From Actinomycetota bacterium (GTDB lineage Bacteria > Actinomycetota > Acidimicrobiia > Spongiisociales > UBA5794): DNA of 44,551 bases. This document shows, one piece after another, positions 35,181-44,516 of the stretch. The notes beneath the pieces were generated by a model, which made no database searches, was not told the DNA's origin, and was given only the letters and a program-made list of their open reading frames with translations. The translations under genes and the position numbers were made by a program. How positions within the stretch are numbered: the first letter of the stretch is position 1; each line of letters opens with the position of its first letter. The stretch lies in NCBI GenBank assembly GCA_030125685.1, contig JASJYA010000003.1:1-44551 (forward strand). Reading direction: 5' to 3'.

Positions 35181-37397
35181 ATGCGCGACCGTGAGCAATC
35201 TGTTCTCTCAGAGATTCTGCCGCCCGAGGAGCGGGCCATTGAAGCTGTTGTTGCGCGGTACCAGCGGGTGGCGCCTGCTGTGACTCGCTTTGCTCGGTCA
35301 CTTTCGGGGAACGAAGACCTCCAGGTCAGGCTTGGGACCCAGGCAGCGGCAACCGAGAACACGATTATTCTTGACCCTGGCGTGTTCCAAACCGCGTACG
35401 CCCGATCTGCCCCGGTGACACCCTCGGAAGTGGCTCTCACCTCGGCCCTCCACGAGGTAATCCACCTCATCGCTACCGATCTCGACGAAGAGAGACCGAT
35501 ACCGAAGGAGTGGCACGCGTTCCGGCCCGAAGCCGACCACGACGAAGACGACTTCGAGGGTGCAATGGTGCCCGTCGGGCTCTTTCAACTCAGTGAGATG
35601 GAGGAAGACCTCATCCGGCCTGACGTCACCGAAGATGACATCGATTTTGAGGAAGAAGACGAGCCTGACCCGAACGCAGTACCGCTCCTCTCGGCTCTCA
35701 ACGCCATCGGAGGGCCCGCGGCTGAGGCGTTGTTCCTCTCGATTGAAGATGCACGCCAGGAGCGACTCAACTTCGACGTCTACCCAGGGGCCGGGTCCGT
35801 GCTCAAAGACCTGTACCGCGCATCAGTCGGCCACGCGATGGCCCACGCCAGGCCGTTAGGCCAGTTCGCATTGGCGTGCTTCATGGTTATCGGCGGACAC
35901 GAGGAACGGAACTCGGTCCAACGAAAACTTTCGCCTCACGTAGCCGTTGCGATGGACGATGCAATGCCCTTCCTCGACCGCGTCCTCGAGCTCGATGACC
36001 CGTGGTCCGTAGGAACGGTCGCCCTCCAACTGCTCTCGGTCGCCAAGGTGCACAACCTCGTCCAGGAGGGTGCAGCATCCACCACCCAGCAAGGACGCAG
36101 TGCGGAGATGGAGGCGGACCAAGCCGCTATCGCGGACACGGTCGACGCCGTGCGCATGGTCACACCGTCACTCGCCAATCGTGAATCCTACGAGCAGACC
36201 AGGACTGCGGCCCAATCGGTCTCGGCGGAAGAGGGGAGAATGGGCGAGGCGGAGACCGCCGGCGACCCTGCAACCGATCAGATCATGAAGGTCTCGACTG
36301 CGCCAACCGTCTATCTCCCGACAGGGCAGGGTGGGAAGCTGATCGTCACGGACATCCCGAGGCGATTCATCGACTGGGCGCCACAGGGGAGAGAGATGCT
36401 GGCCAAGGCGTCGACGGACTGGGGAGTAGCACAGCATCGCGTCTCGGGCGAACTGTATCCGCTCTTCCTCGCGAACCAGAGACGCGGTCTCCGATCAGGT
36501 TTTGACGCGGGCGACCTCTCTCCGTACACACCACTCCTCCTGGGCGCCGGACTCTACGAACGGATGTTTGAACGCCGCGACCTCCCATCGAAGCGCTCAT
36601 ACGCCTTAAGCCTGCTTGTCGACGGTTCGGCGTCGATGCTCCAGCCGAGAAAAGTAGGTTCACGAAAGTCGCCGTGGGCAATGGCGGCAGCTCTGCTCGG
36701 GGCGTGGACGCTCGCGCGCCTTGCGGACGAACTCCAAATCGACTTCGAACTCGCGATCTTCAACCGGTCCTTCGCAACGGACATCCAAGACTCGGAGGCC
36801 ACATACCGCGAGAAGCGTGCGAAGGCGACAGCCGCGTTGCGCCAGGCTCAGGGCGGACATGCTGAACGGCTCACTCGTACCGTGAATCACTATCTCATCA
36901 AGGGGTTCAGCCAGAGGTGGAGAGGTTCCGAGGATGTGCTTGCAGGGCTGTTCTACGCCGCCGCCGCGCCGCAGGACGCTGCAAGGGAGGCGCGCCGGAA
37001 TCCCGACGAGTCGCCCCCGGTATCGATGTTCGAGAAGGCGGCGAACGTGGACGAGTTCAATCTCGCCCATGCTGCAGAACGTCTCGCGACCCAGAATGCC
37101 AAGCATCGGATCCTCGTCGTGCTCGCAGACGGAATGACGCGCGGGTCCGTGCAGACACTGGCCGAGACCGTGGCGAGTGTCGAGCACTCCGGCGCGACGG
37201 TGCTTGGCATCGGCATTGGTGACGACACCGTGCGATCCGCTTACTCACGAGCCCAAGTCGTCGAACATCCCCGCGAACTTGCTTCAGCAATGGTCGAGGG
37301 CGTTCGTTCGACCCTGTACAGAACGATCGCTGCGGCCGGCGTGGACACCTGGTGGGCCCACGCGGGCGAACGCGAGCTACACGACCAGACCACGTAG
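35181..37397 (+). CDS. vWA-domain protein (CobT/NorD-like architecture) with N-terminal HEXXH motif
   Basis: ALHEVIH, IEDARQE, acidic linker, MIDAS DGSAS, VVLADG, LGIGIG. Confidence 0.8.
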   Translation: MRDREQSVLSEILPPEERAIEAVVARYQRVAPAVTRFARSLSGNEDLQVRLGTQAAATENTIILDPGVFQTAYARSAPVTPSEVALTSALHEVIHLIATDLDEERPIPKEWHAFRPEADHDEDDFEGAMVPVGLFQLSEMEEDLIRPDVTEDDIDFEEEDEPDPNAVPLLSALNAIGGPAAEALFLSIEDARQERLNFDVYPGAGSVLKDLYRASVGHAMAHARPLGQFALACFMVIGGHEERNSVQRKLSPHVAVAMDDAMPFLDRVLELDDPWSVGTVALQLLSVAKVHNLVQEGAASTTQQGRSAEMEADQAAIADTVDAVRMVTPSLANRESYEQTRTAAQSVSAEEGRMGEAETAGDPATDQIMKVSTAPTVYLPTGQGGKLIVTDIPRRFIDWAPQGREMLAKASTDWGVAQHRVSGELYPLFLANQRRGLRSGFDAGDLSPYTPLLLGAGLYERMFERRDLPSKRSYALSLLVDGSASMLQPRKVGSRKSPWAMAAALLGAWTLARLADELQIDFELAIFNRSFATDIQDSEATYREKRAKATAALRQAQGGHAERLTRTVNHYLIKGFSQRWRGSEDVLAGLFYAAAAPQDAAREARRNPDESPPVSMFEKAANVDEFNLAHAAERLATQNAKHRILVVLADGMTRGSVQTLAETVASVEHSGATVLGIGIGDDTVRSAYSRAQVVEHPRELASAMVEGVRSTLYRTIAAAGVDTWWAHAGERELHDQTT

Positions 37398-37405
37398 GAG
37401 AACCT

Positions 37406-38398
37406 ATGACTGAAACCGTCACATTCGTTGACCCTTCGGGCATCGGCCCGGATGTCGATCTCCCTGTCACAACAATTCCGAAGGACGTACCGGACAGGAA
37501 TTATCGGCGCGATCACATCCCGACCGAGGACCCGTACTACGTCGATCTCGGGATGATGTATCGACTTGCTCGACTGGAGCAGGTACGCAGATCGCACTTC
37601 ACCGGAACCCCTCTGCATCTCGCCCTGAGGGGGCACATGGGGACTGGAAAGGACCACGATCTCGAGCAATTCGCCGCGAGGTTACAGACGCCGTACTACC
37701 GAATTCCGTTGACCGGCGAAGTGCGCGACATCACACTCATCGGCTCGATCAAGCTCCACGGCGACGGCAAGGGCGGAACCGACAGCAAGTGGGAGGACGG
37801 TGACATCACTCGGGCGCTGCGCGGTCCCTCCCTCATCAACCTCTCAGAGCTCAACGCCGCAGGCGCCGAGACGTTGTTCGCCCTCCACGGCCTGTTGGAC
37901 CGCCACCAGGCGCTCGAGCTCCCAACCGGGGAGATGGTGCGGTTGCGCAACGACGTCCGCATCTTTGCAACGTTAAATCCAACGGACCTACGCGATTATG
38001 CGGGCACGCAGACGCTCAACAAGGCGTTCGCGGACCGGTGGGTCTTCTGGGAGAAGGTTTTCCCGACTGCGGAGGAACTCCAGTTGATGCTCGTGCGCAG
38101 GCACCCCACGATGGACCCCGAGGTGACAGAGCTTCTCACGAAGCTCGCCGTCGAAATCAACACGTCGTTCACCGCCCTTGATGCACGCACCCGGGTCGAG
38201 ACCCCGATGTCATTGCGAGCGGTCCTCGACCGCTTTCCGGCGGGTCTCCGCATGTATTCGGAATCGGAGGATCCGATGAGGTGGGCGTGGCAGGAGTTCA
38301 TTCTCCCCCACATCGACCCGTACGATCGCGACCACTACGAGACGATATGGTCCGCAGTAATTCGCACTGGTCCGGCTCGCCGACCATTCTCAGACTGA
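37406..38398 (+). CDS. MoxR/CbbQ/CobS-like AAA+ protein with atypical Walker motifs
   Basis: GHMGTGKD, WEDGDIT, LINLSELN, FATLNP, YAGTQTLNKAFADRW, SLR; SD AGGAG. Confidence 0.85.
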   Translation: MTETVTFVDPSGIGPDVDLPVTTIPKDVPDRNYRRDHIPTEDPYYVDLGMMYRLARLEQVRRSHFTGTPLHLALRGHMGTGKDHDLEQFAARLQTPYYRIPLTGEVRDITLIGSIKLHGDGKGGTDSKWEDGDITRALRGPSLINLSELNAAGAETLFALHGLLDRHQALELPTGEMVRLRNDVRIFATLNPTDLRDYAGTQTLNKAFADRWVFWEKVFPTAEELQLMLVRRHPTMDPEVTELLTKLAVEINTSFTALDARTRVETPMSLRAVLDRFPAGLRMYSESEDPMRWAWQEFILPHIDPYDRDHYETIWSAVIRTGPARRPFSD

Positions 38399-38410
38399 TG
38401 AGGTTGCATC

Positions 38411-38509
38411 ATGCCGTCATTTGACATCGTCTTGCAGGTAGACATGCAGGAAGTCCGCAACGCAGTCGACCGGGCTTCAGGTGAACTCGTCAACCGGTAC
38501 GAATTCTAA
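38411..38509 (+). pseudogene. yajQ: Truncated, diverged 5' copy of yajQ (32 codons)
   Basis: Translates [32 protein letters not shown] versus intact [33 protein letters not shown]. Confidence 0.85.
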
Positions 38510-38629
38510 GTCGTGACCGTAGACCCGGAGATGCGTGGGTAGCCCAGTAAGCGGATGGATGCGGCACGCGTGTATCCGTTTATGGGAAGGATGCGAAGGG
38601 GACGAGCTGACCGAACATATTGCCGGAAA

Positions 38630-39667
38630 GGGGTATCCACTTTGGTGCAGCAAAGTCACTGAGCGTGGCAAGTGGACTTATTCGCCCCCGAGTTGGAGTC
38701 GATTACCCAGGAACGTGGGCAGCGTTTGTGGAGTGGTTTCGGGATGACGGGGCTTGTCGGGAGTACTTGGTGCGGCTGCGATGGCCTGACGGCTTCGTGT
38801 GCCCGCACTGCGGATCGGACGTCGGTTGGCCTACCAGCGATGAAAGATTCTCATGCGGCGGGGTGTATCCGGAGGATATCGGTCACGGCCGGAACGATCT
38901 TCCACGGCACCAGGACACCGTTGACGACGTGGTTCGCTGCGGCTTGGTATCTGACCAACCAGAAACACGGTGCGAGTGCTCTCGGGTTGCAACAGGTCCT
39001 CGGTCTTGGCTCGTATCAGACGGCATGGACCATGCTGCACAAGTACCGCACAGCAATGGTGCGACCCGGTCGTGAACTCCTCAGCGGTGACATCGAGGTC
39101 GACGAGACCTACGTCGGCACCGAATCCGGCACAGCGGGTCGCCACGTCGAAACCAAGGACATCGTGGTCATCGCTGTCGAAAAGCATTCCCCCAAAGGGC
39201 TCGGGAGAATCCGACTCCGTCGGGTCGACGACGTCTCAGGTTCCAGCCTGATCGGGTTCATCCGTGACGTCACACAACCCGGATCAGTGATCCTCACCGA
39301 CGGATGGCAGGGATACGCCGAACTCGCCAAGTCCGGATTCGTCCACAAGCGGACCTCGCTACGCGCCGACAACGACCCCGCCCACGTCGTCCAGCCGGGC
39401 GTTCACCGGGTCGCGTCACTCCTCAAGCGGTGGCTGTTAGGCACTCTCCACGGCGGGGTGAGCTCGAAGCATCTCGATGCCTACCTCAACGAGTTCACAT
39501 TCCGTTTCAACCGACGCACATCGCGACAGCGAGGCATGCTCTTCTACCGGCTCATCGAACAGGCCGTCGTCACCGACCCAGCCCCATACAAAGACATCAT
39601 CGGCGGCGGCCTCAGCAGTCGCCTCGGCAACCACGCAGAGTGACAACTGTACCGAAGTGGATACCCC
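38630..39667 (+). mobile_element. IS1595-family insertion sequence
   Basis: Terminal IRs GGGGTATCCACTTTGGTGCAG and reverse complement GGGGTATCCACTTCGGTACAG (19/21); encloses transposase; no clear target duplication. Confidence 0.9.
38665..39643 (+). pseudogene. IS1595 transposase with +1 frameshift near 38860
   Basis: Frame 1 RWPDGFVCPHCG...SCGG; frame 2 CIRRISVTAGTIF...EVDETY...TDGWQGY...YLNEFTFRFNRR; extra G in the GGGG run at 38860-38863. Confidence 0.85.
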
Positions 39668-39742
39668 CTATGTCGGATATGAATGGCGGCGTGCCAGACT
39701 TGGAAGCGGGAACCGTCGGTGTTTGACGTAAGGGATGACCAG

Positions 39743-40351
39743 ATGTCCAGATTGCGTTCTCGTTCGCATCTCGGAGTGATAGCCATAGTACTCATGCTCG
39801 CTCTCATTGGCGCTGCGTGTACTGCGGAGTCGTCTGATTCTGACCGTGTCGTGAACTTCTACGAGTCGCTTGATTTGGAGTCTCCATCTGCGGCGGTCGA
39901 GACGTTCGCTGATGCGTTTGCACGGAATGACTTCATGACGGTATGGCTCACGTTCGACGTGACAACCCAGGTGAGGGTTGGGGTCTCATTCGACCTGTTG
40001 CAGTGGCGCAACGTCATTGACGCTGATGCTGTGCCGGACATGGCGTCCGAGATGGCTTCAGTCTTGTCGTTCGACAACCTTGAGACCACCGACCGGTGGT
40101 ACCTCTTTGCCGAGATCATGATGATTGCCGATCGCAATGATGCGTATCTCATCGATCTGAGCGGTGATGTCACCCTAGGTGAAGAGTCACAAGTGGGCGA
40201 CGATGTCGAGGTTTTCAGTGTCGTTGAAGGGATCGATGGAGAAGTACGGTTCCGTTTGGTGCAATCGCCCAGCGGTAGGTGGCGTGTCTATCAAGTCATC
40301 GTTCCCGGCGGGGACGAAGCCGCCATTCCATGGTCGGTTCCATCCGGCTGA
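39743..40351 (+). CDS. Putative lipoprotein
   Basis: Basic N-terminus, hydrophobic stretch, lipobox-like GAAC. Confidence 0.75.
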   Translation: MSRLRSRSHLGVIAIVLMLALIGAACTAESSDSDRVVNFYESLDLESPSAAVETFADAFARNDFMTVWLTFDVTTQVRVGVSFDLLQWRNVIDADAVPDMASEMASVLSFDNLETTDRWYLFAEIMMIADRNDAYLIDLSGDVTLGEESQVGDDVEVFSVVEGIDGEVRFRLVQSPSGRWRVYQVIVPGGDEAAIPWSVPSG

Positions 40352-40780
40352 GGTCACGCATCGGCGTGAAGCCTGAACATGTAGGAGCGCCCATATCGCA
40401 CATATGGGTGGCCACAGGCTGAAGTTCTAGATCGAACTGGATGAAGTTCGAGTCATAACTTTTGGTCGGACTACGCGGACATCCACTAGCGTGAGCGCAC
40501 GACGTCGAAACCGATCGCGCCGTTGGGAATCGAGCTACGGACACGCCTCAGGCGGTGTCGAGAGATCGGGGGCGAAAGACTGCGTGCCGAAGGAGTCCCT
40601 GCGTCCGGAGTCGACGCTCGTACGGCTGACGGTTTGCGCGTCTTCTACGGCGGTCGATGAATTTCGTACGACACTGTGCCCTAATCATCACCGAAGGTGC
40701 CCGGCTTCCGCGCTGCGCTCAGGTCTGTGTCCATCGACGTCGTTGCGGTGAAGGATGAGAGACCGCAAGGAGGGATGACG

Positions 40781-41050
40781 ATGTCCACCGAGTTCACAAT
40801 TAGGGAATCGGGCAAGAACGAGACAGTCAAAGTATTCAACGATCGCATCGAACGGACTGTCAAGAACCGCATCACGAATAATGACCATCAGATGATTCCT
40901 CTGCGAATCGTGACATCAGTACATCAGGACCGAAAGACGGTACGCACGGACAAGGCCCGCGTCGTGGTAGGTATCGAGACCTATGAGTGGAAGGTCAAGA
41001 ATGCAGAGAAATTCGTCAGAGCGGTGAAGGAGAAGTTTCTGGCTCTGTAA
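40781..41050 (+). CDS. Small hypothetical protein, possibly bacterial PH-like
   Basis: SD AAGGAGG 7 nt before ATG; beta-rich pattern, IPLRIVTSV, C-terminal helix. Confidence 0.6.
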   Translation: MSTEFTIRESGKNETVKVFNDRIERTVKNRITNNDHQMIPLRIVTSVHQDRKTVRTDKARVVVGIETYEWKVKNAEKFVRAVKEKFLAL

Positions 41051-41062
41051 GAACCCTCGGCG

Positions 41063-41548
41063 TCAGTCGCGGAAGTTGATGAATTGGAGGGGTAGTCGGA
41101 AGTCGAGGCTCTTTACCGCTGCGATGACGTCCTGGAGGTCATCCCGTTTCTTGCCAGACACTCGAAGCTGGTCGCCCTGGATTGCGACTTGGACCTTGAG
41201 CTTCATGTCCTTGATGTCCTTCACGAGTTCTTTGGCCGCGTCCTGGGCGATGCCTTCGTTGAGCGTGAACACCGCGCGGTAGCGGCCTCCGCCGATTTGC
41301 TTCGGCTCTCCCCCAGCAATGGATTTGAGCGATACGTTCCGCCGGATGAGCTTTCCCTTGAGAACGTCAACCGCGGCATCCAGTCGACCCTCCGATTCTG
41401 ACTCAACTGCGATTCCGTCGTCGGAGAGCCGGACACTTGTGTCGGTCCCCTTGAAGTCGTAACGAGTTGTGACCTCACGGGCTGATTGGTCCACAGCGTT
41501 GCGAACTTCCTGCATATCTACTTGGGAGACGATGTCGAACGATGGCAT
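41063..41548 (-). CDS. yajQ: YajQ-family nucleotide (c-di-GMP)-binding protein
   Basis: MPSFDIVS, RYDFKG, IQGDQLRVSGKKRDDLQ, PLQFINFRD. Confidence 0.97.
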   Translation of the reverse strand: MPSFDIVSQVDMQEVRNAVDQSAREVTTRYDFKGTDTSVRLSDDGIAVESESEGRLDAAVDVLKGKLIRRNVSLKSIAGGEPKQIGGGRYRAVFTLNEGIAQDAAKELVKDIKDMKLKVQVAIQGDQLRVSGKKRDDLQDVIAAVKSLDFRLPLQFINFRD

Positions 41549-41705
41549 GGGCGTATCTTACTGATGGGCGGAGTGCCTACTCCTGCTCCTCTTCGTTCTC
41601 GGCTGCTCAGTCCTTGACTGGTTCCGGCATGATGCCTTGCGCTTTCATCTCGCGGACCTCGCGGACGAGCCTGCGCCGTAGTCTGAAAGCCGACGCCTGA
41701 AAGCC

Positions 41706-41755
41706 GAAAGCTAGCTGATGTGCAGCCCGAATGGGCTGCACATCAGCTAGCTTTC
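41706..41755. repeat. Perfect 23-bp stem hairpin upstream of LOG gene, preceded by CTGAAAG-like heptamers
   Basis: GAAAGCTAGCTGATGTGCAGCCC-GAAT-GGGCTGCACATCAGCTAGCTTTC. Confidence 0.85.
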
Positions 41756-41760
41756 TTCTC

Positions 41761-42801
41761 ATGCCGTACCGAATGAACGACGAAGAGGTCGACGGGCAGA
41801 TCGATGCTCTCGTGGCGCGCGTTGTCGCCGGAACCGCAGGGCTGACGACCGACGCCGACCTCATCCGAGAAATCATCGTGACGTCCCTCAAGCTCATCAA
41901 GGACAGGACGAACCGCGGCGACGTCAAAATGATGAACACAGCGCTCAAGGAACTTCGGTATTCCTCCCTCGTGTTTCAGTCGCACAGCGATAGGCGAAAG
42001 GTCGCGGTGTATGGATCAGCCCGCACCAATCCAGATAATCCGAACTACTCGATGGCGGAGGAATTCAGCAGACGGATGGTGAAGGACTTCGACTACATGG
42101 TCATCACGGGCGCCGGACCAGGGATCATGGAAGCATCGAACAAAGGGGCCGGCATCGAGCACAGCTTCGGCGTAAACATTCGGCTGCCCTTCGAGAGCGG
42201 AGCGAACGAGTACCTGGCGCCCGGCAAGGTCATCAACTTCAAATATTTCTTTACGCGTAAGGTGCAATTCGTCAAGGAGTCTGACGCGTTCGCTCTCTTC
42301 CCCGGGGGCTTCGGCACGCTCGACGAAGCCTTTGAACTGCTCACACTCATGCAGACTGGCAAGTCAGACATGCACCCCATCGTCATGCTCGAAGCCGAGG
42401 GCACCGGCTACTGGGATGCGTGGGAGACACTCTGTGAGGCACTCACCGACCAAAGCATGATCTCGAAGGAAGACACCAACCTGTACATGATCACGACGAG
42501 CATCGACGAAGCGATCGAGGAGATCGTTCGGTTCTACCGTGTCTATCACTCGCAAAGGTTCGTGGACGGTCTCCTGATACTCAGGCTCAACTCCGAAGTG
42601 TCTGACGCTCTGCTAGACGAACTCACAGAGGAGTTCGCTGACATCATTCGGAGTGGAGTAATCCAGGCGGTTCCTGCAACCCAGGATGAAGTAGACACGG
42701 ACGACTACGTCGATCTTCCGCGAATCGCCTTCGACTTCAATATGCACGGTCATGGGCGCCTTCGGGCCATGATTGATCGGCTGAACGACTCCGTCGCGTA
42801 G
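41761..42801 (+). CDS. LOG-family nucleotide monophosphate nucleosidase (TIGR00730-like)
   Basis: VYGSART, ITGAGPGIMEA, FKYFFTRK, PGGFGTLDE. Confidence 0.92.
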   Translation: MPYRMNDEEVDGQIDALVARVVAGTAGLTTDADLIREIIVTSLKLIKDRTNRGDVKMMNTALKELRYSSLVFQSHSDRRKVAVYGSARTNPDNPNYSMAEEFSRRMVKDFDYMVITGAGPGIMEASNKGAGIEHSFGVNIRLPFESGANEYLAPGKVINFKYFFTRKVQFVKESDAFALFPGGFGTLDEAFELLTLMQTGKSDMHPIVMLEAEGTGYWDAWETLCEALTDQSMISKEDTNLYMITTSIDEAIEEIVRFYRVYHSQRFVDGLLILRLNSEVSDALLDELTEEFADIIRSGVIQAVPATQDEVDTDDYVDLPRIAFDFNMHGHGRLRAMIDRLNDSVA

Positions 42802-42846
42802 CCAGGCGGCATCCGCCAGCACACCCGGGTGCATTAGAATCCCTTT

Positions 42847-43641
42847 ATGCGCAAGATTCTCTCAGATTTGGTAGCGGAGCAGCAGCACCTCGATCAGTAC
42901 CTCCAGACCCTGCGCGATCGACAGTGGGCGGCGCCGACTCCCGCCAAAGGCTGGTCCATCCAGGACACCGTCAGCCACCTCGCCCATGTCGAATCCTTCG
43001 CAGCCGAAGTACTGGCTGAGGGCAGAGGCCGCGTCGAAGCCGAGAAGATCAACGAATTGGACGAATGGACCTCGCGAGGCGTCGCGCTGGGCCGAGGGCG
43101 TCGGCATCAGGAGATCATCGAGTGGTGGCGGTTCGGGAGGGCGGACGTCGTCGATGCTCTCTCCCGAATACCGCCGTCCGATCGAATCCCCTGGCTCTAC
43201 GGAGAGATGAGCGCCCGCTCGTTCGCGACCATGCGGCTCATGGAAACCTGGGCACACGGCCTCGACATCAAAGCGGCGATACTCGAACGCGTCGTCCCTC
43301 TCGACCGACCACCGGAAGGTATTCCCGAGGACGTCGAGTGGATTGATCCGCTTGCGGACACCGTCAGGCTCCGTCACATCGCTCGCCTCGGTCAGCGTTC
43401 TCTCCCTTTCTCGTTCAAAAGGGCCGGCGAAGAGTTCCCAGAATTCGGAATTCGCGTCGAAGTCATGGGCCCGCTGTACGCTACATGGCGATTCGGTCCA
43501 GAAGACACCGACCAGGTGATCAAGGGCATGGCAGGTGACTGGTGCCGCTTGATCGTCCAGCGCCAGGATGCTGAAGACACGGGTCTCAAGGCCGTCGGAG
43601 AGTACGCCGAGATCGCGCTCCGAGTCGCCACGGCGTACTGA
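42847..43641 (+). CDS. Mycothiol-dependent maleylpyruvate isomerase family (DinB-like) protein
   Basis: PTPAKGWSIQDTVSHLA, MRLMETWAHGLD, RLRHIA. Confidence 0.85.
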   Translation: MRKILSDLVAEQQHLDQYLQTLRDRQWAAPTPAKGWSIQDTVSHLAHVESFAAEVLAEGRGRVEAEKINELDEWTSRGVALGRGRRHQEIIEWWRFGRADVVDALSRIPPSDRIPWLYGEMSARSFATMRLMETWAHGLDIKAAILERVVPLDRPPEGIPEDVEWIDPLADTVRLRHIARLGQRSLPFSFKRAGEEFPEFGIRVEVMGPLYATWRFGPEDTDQVIKGMAGDWCRLIVQRQDAEDTGLKAVGEYAEIALRVATAY

Positions 43642-43642
43642 C

Positions 43643-44410
43643 GTGACCATCCCGCGCCTCGTCGGAATGGTCCACCTCGGGCCACTCCCCGGCTCACCCG
43701 GATTCCTCGGTGACTTCGATGCTGTCGTCGCTGATGCCGCTGTGGACGCGACTCTCCTCGCCAAAGCGGGTTTCGATGGAGTCATGGTCGAGAACTTCGG
43801 CGACGCTCCATTCTTCGCATCGGACGCGCCGAAGGTAACGGTTGCCGCGCTGACCACGGCAGTAAACGCGGTCTACGAGGCCTCTCGCCTCCGCGTGGGC
43901 GTCAACGTGCTGCGCAACGACGGTCTCGCCGCTCTGGCTGTTGCTGCTGCGACGCCTGCATCGTTCATCCGTATCAACGTGTTGTCGGGCACGATGTACA
44001 CCGATCAGGGCCCGATCGTGGGTGAGGCAGCCGAAGTTGCGCGCCTCCGAAGCCAGATTTGCCCGGATGTAGCGATCATGGCGGACGTGTTCGTGAAGCA
44101 CGCCACACCGCCTCAGGGGCTGACCCTCGTCGCCGCGACCGATGACCTCGTCGAACGCGCCGGAGCGGACGCCGTTGTTGTCTCAGGCCGGGGAACGGGA
44201 TCCCCCACGGACCTCGATCAACTCAGAGCTGTTACCGAGAGCAGCCGGCTACCCGTGTATCTCGGTTCCGGCGTGACGATGGACAACGTCACATCGATGC
44301 TCGCCTTGGCAGACGGCGCGATCGTCGGCACCTCGATCAAAATCGACGGCGTATCGACCAACCCTGTCGACCTCGACGCTGCGAAGGCGTTCATCAGAGC
44401 CGCAATCTGA
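43643..44410 (+). CDS. BtpA/SgcQ family TIM-barrel protein
   Basis: GMVHLGPLPG, ENFGDAPF, GVNVLRND, DVFVKH, GSGV, DGAIVGT. Confidence 0.92.
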   Translation: MTIPRLVGMVHLGPLPGSPGFLGDFDAVVADAAVDATLLAKAGFDGVMVENFGDAPFFASDAPKVTVAALTTAVNAVYEASRLRVGVNVLRNDGLAALAVAAATPASFIRINVLSGTMYTDQGPIVGEAAEVARLRSQICPDVAIMADVFVKHATPPQGLTLVAATDDLVERAGADAVVVSGRGTGSPTDLDQLRAVTESSRLPVYLGSGVTMDNVTSMLALADGAIVGTSIKIDGVSTNPVDLDAAKAFIRAAI

Positions 44411-44420
44411 GAGCACAGAA

Positions 44421-44516
44421 CTGACACCTGACATTTTCGGGCATCTGGCATCTGGTGTCAGGTCACAGGTCACAGGTCGGAACGGGCTGGCTGTCACCTG
44501 TCACCTGTTATCTGTC
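44421..44516. repeat. Heptamer tandem repeats in inverted blocks
   Basis: CTGACAC CTGACA; GCATCTG x2; AGGTCAC x2; CTGTCAC CTGTCAC CTGTTAT; same AGGT(C/G)AC family as 2379 and 14198. Confidence 0.7.

Noticed and set aside
38612-38625. SOS-box-like CGAACATATTGCCG beside IS1595
   Set aside because: Right half-site has too many mismatches
40352-40760. Short ORFs or possible gene remnant
   Set aside because: No recognisable motif or ribosome-binding site
42862-43857. 331-aa minus-strand ORF
   Set aside because: Antisense to the isomerase-family and BtpA genes
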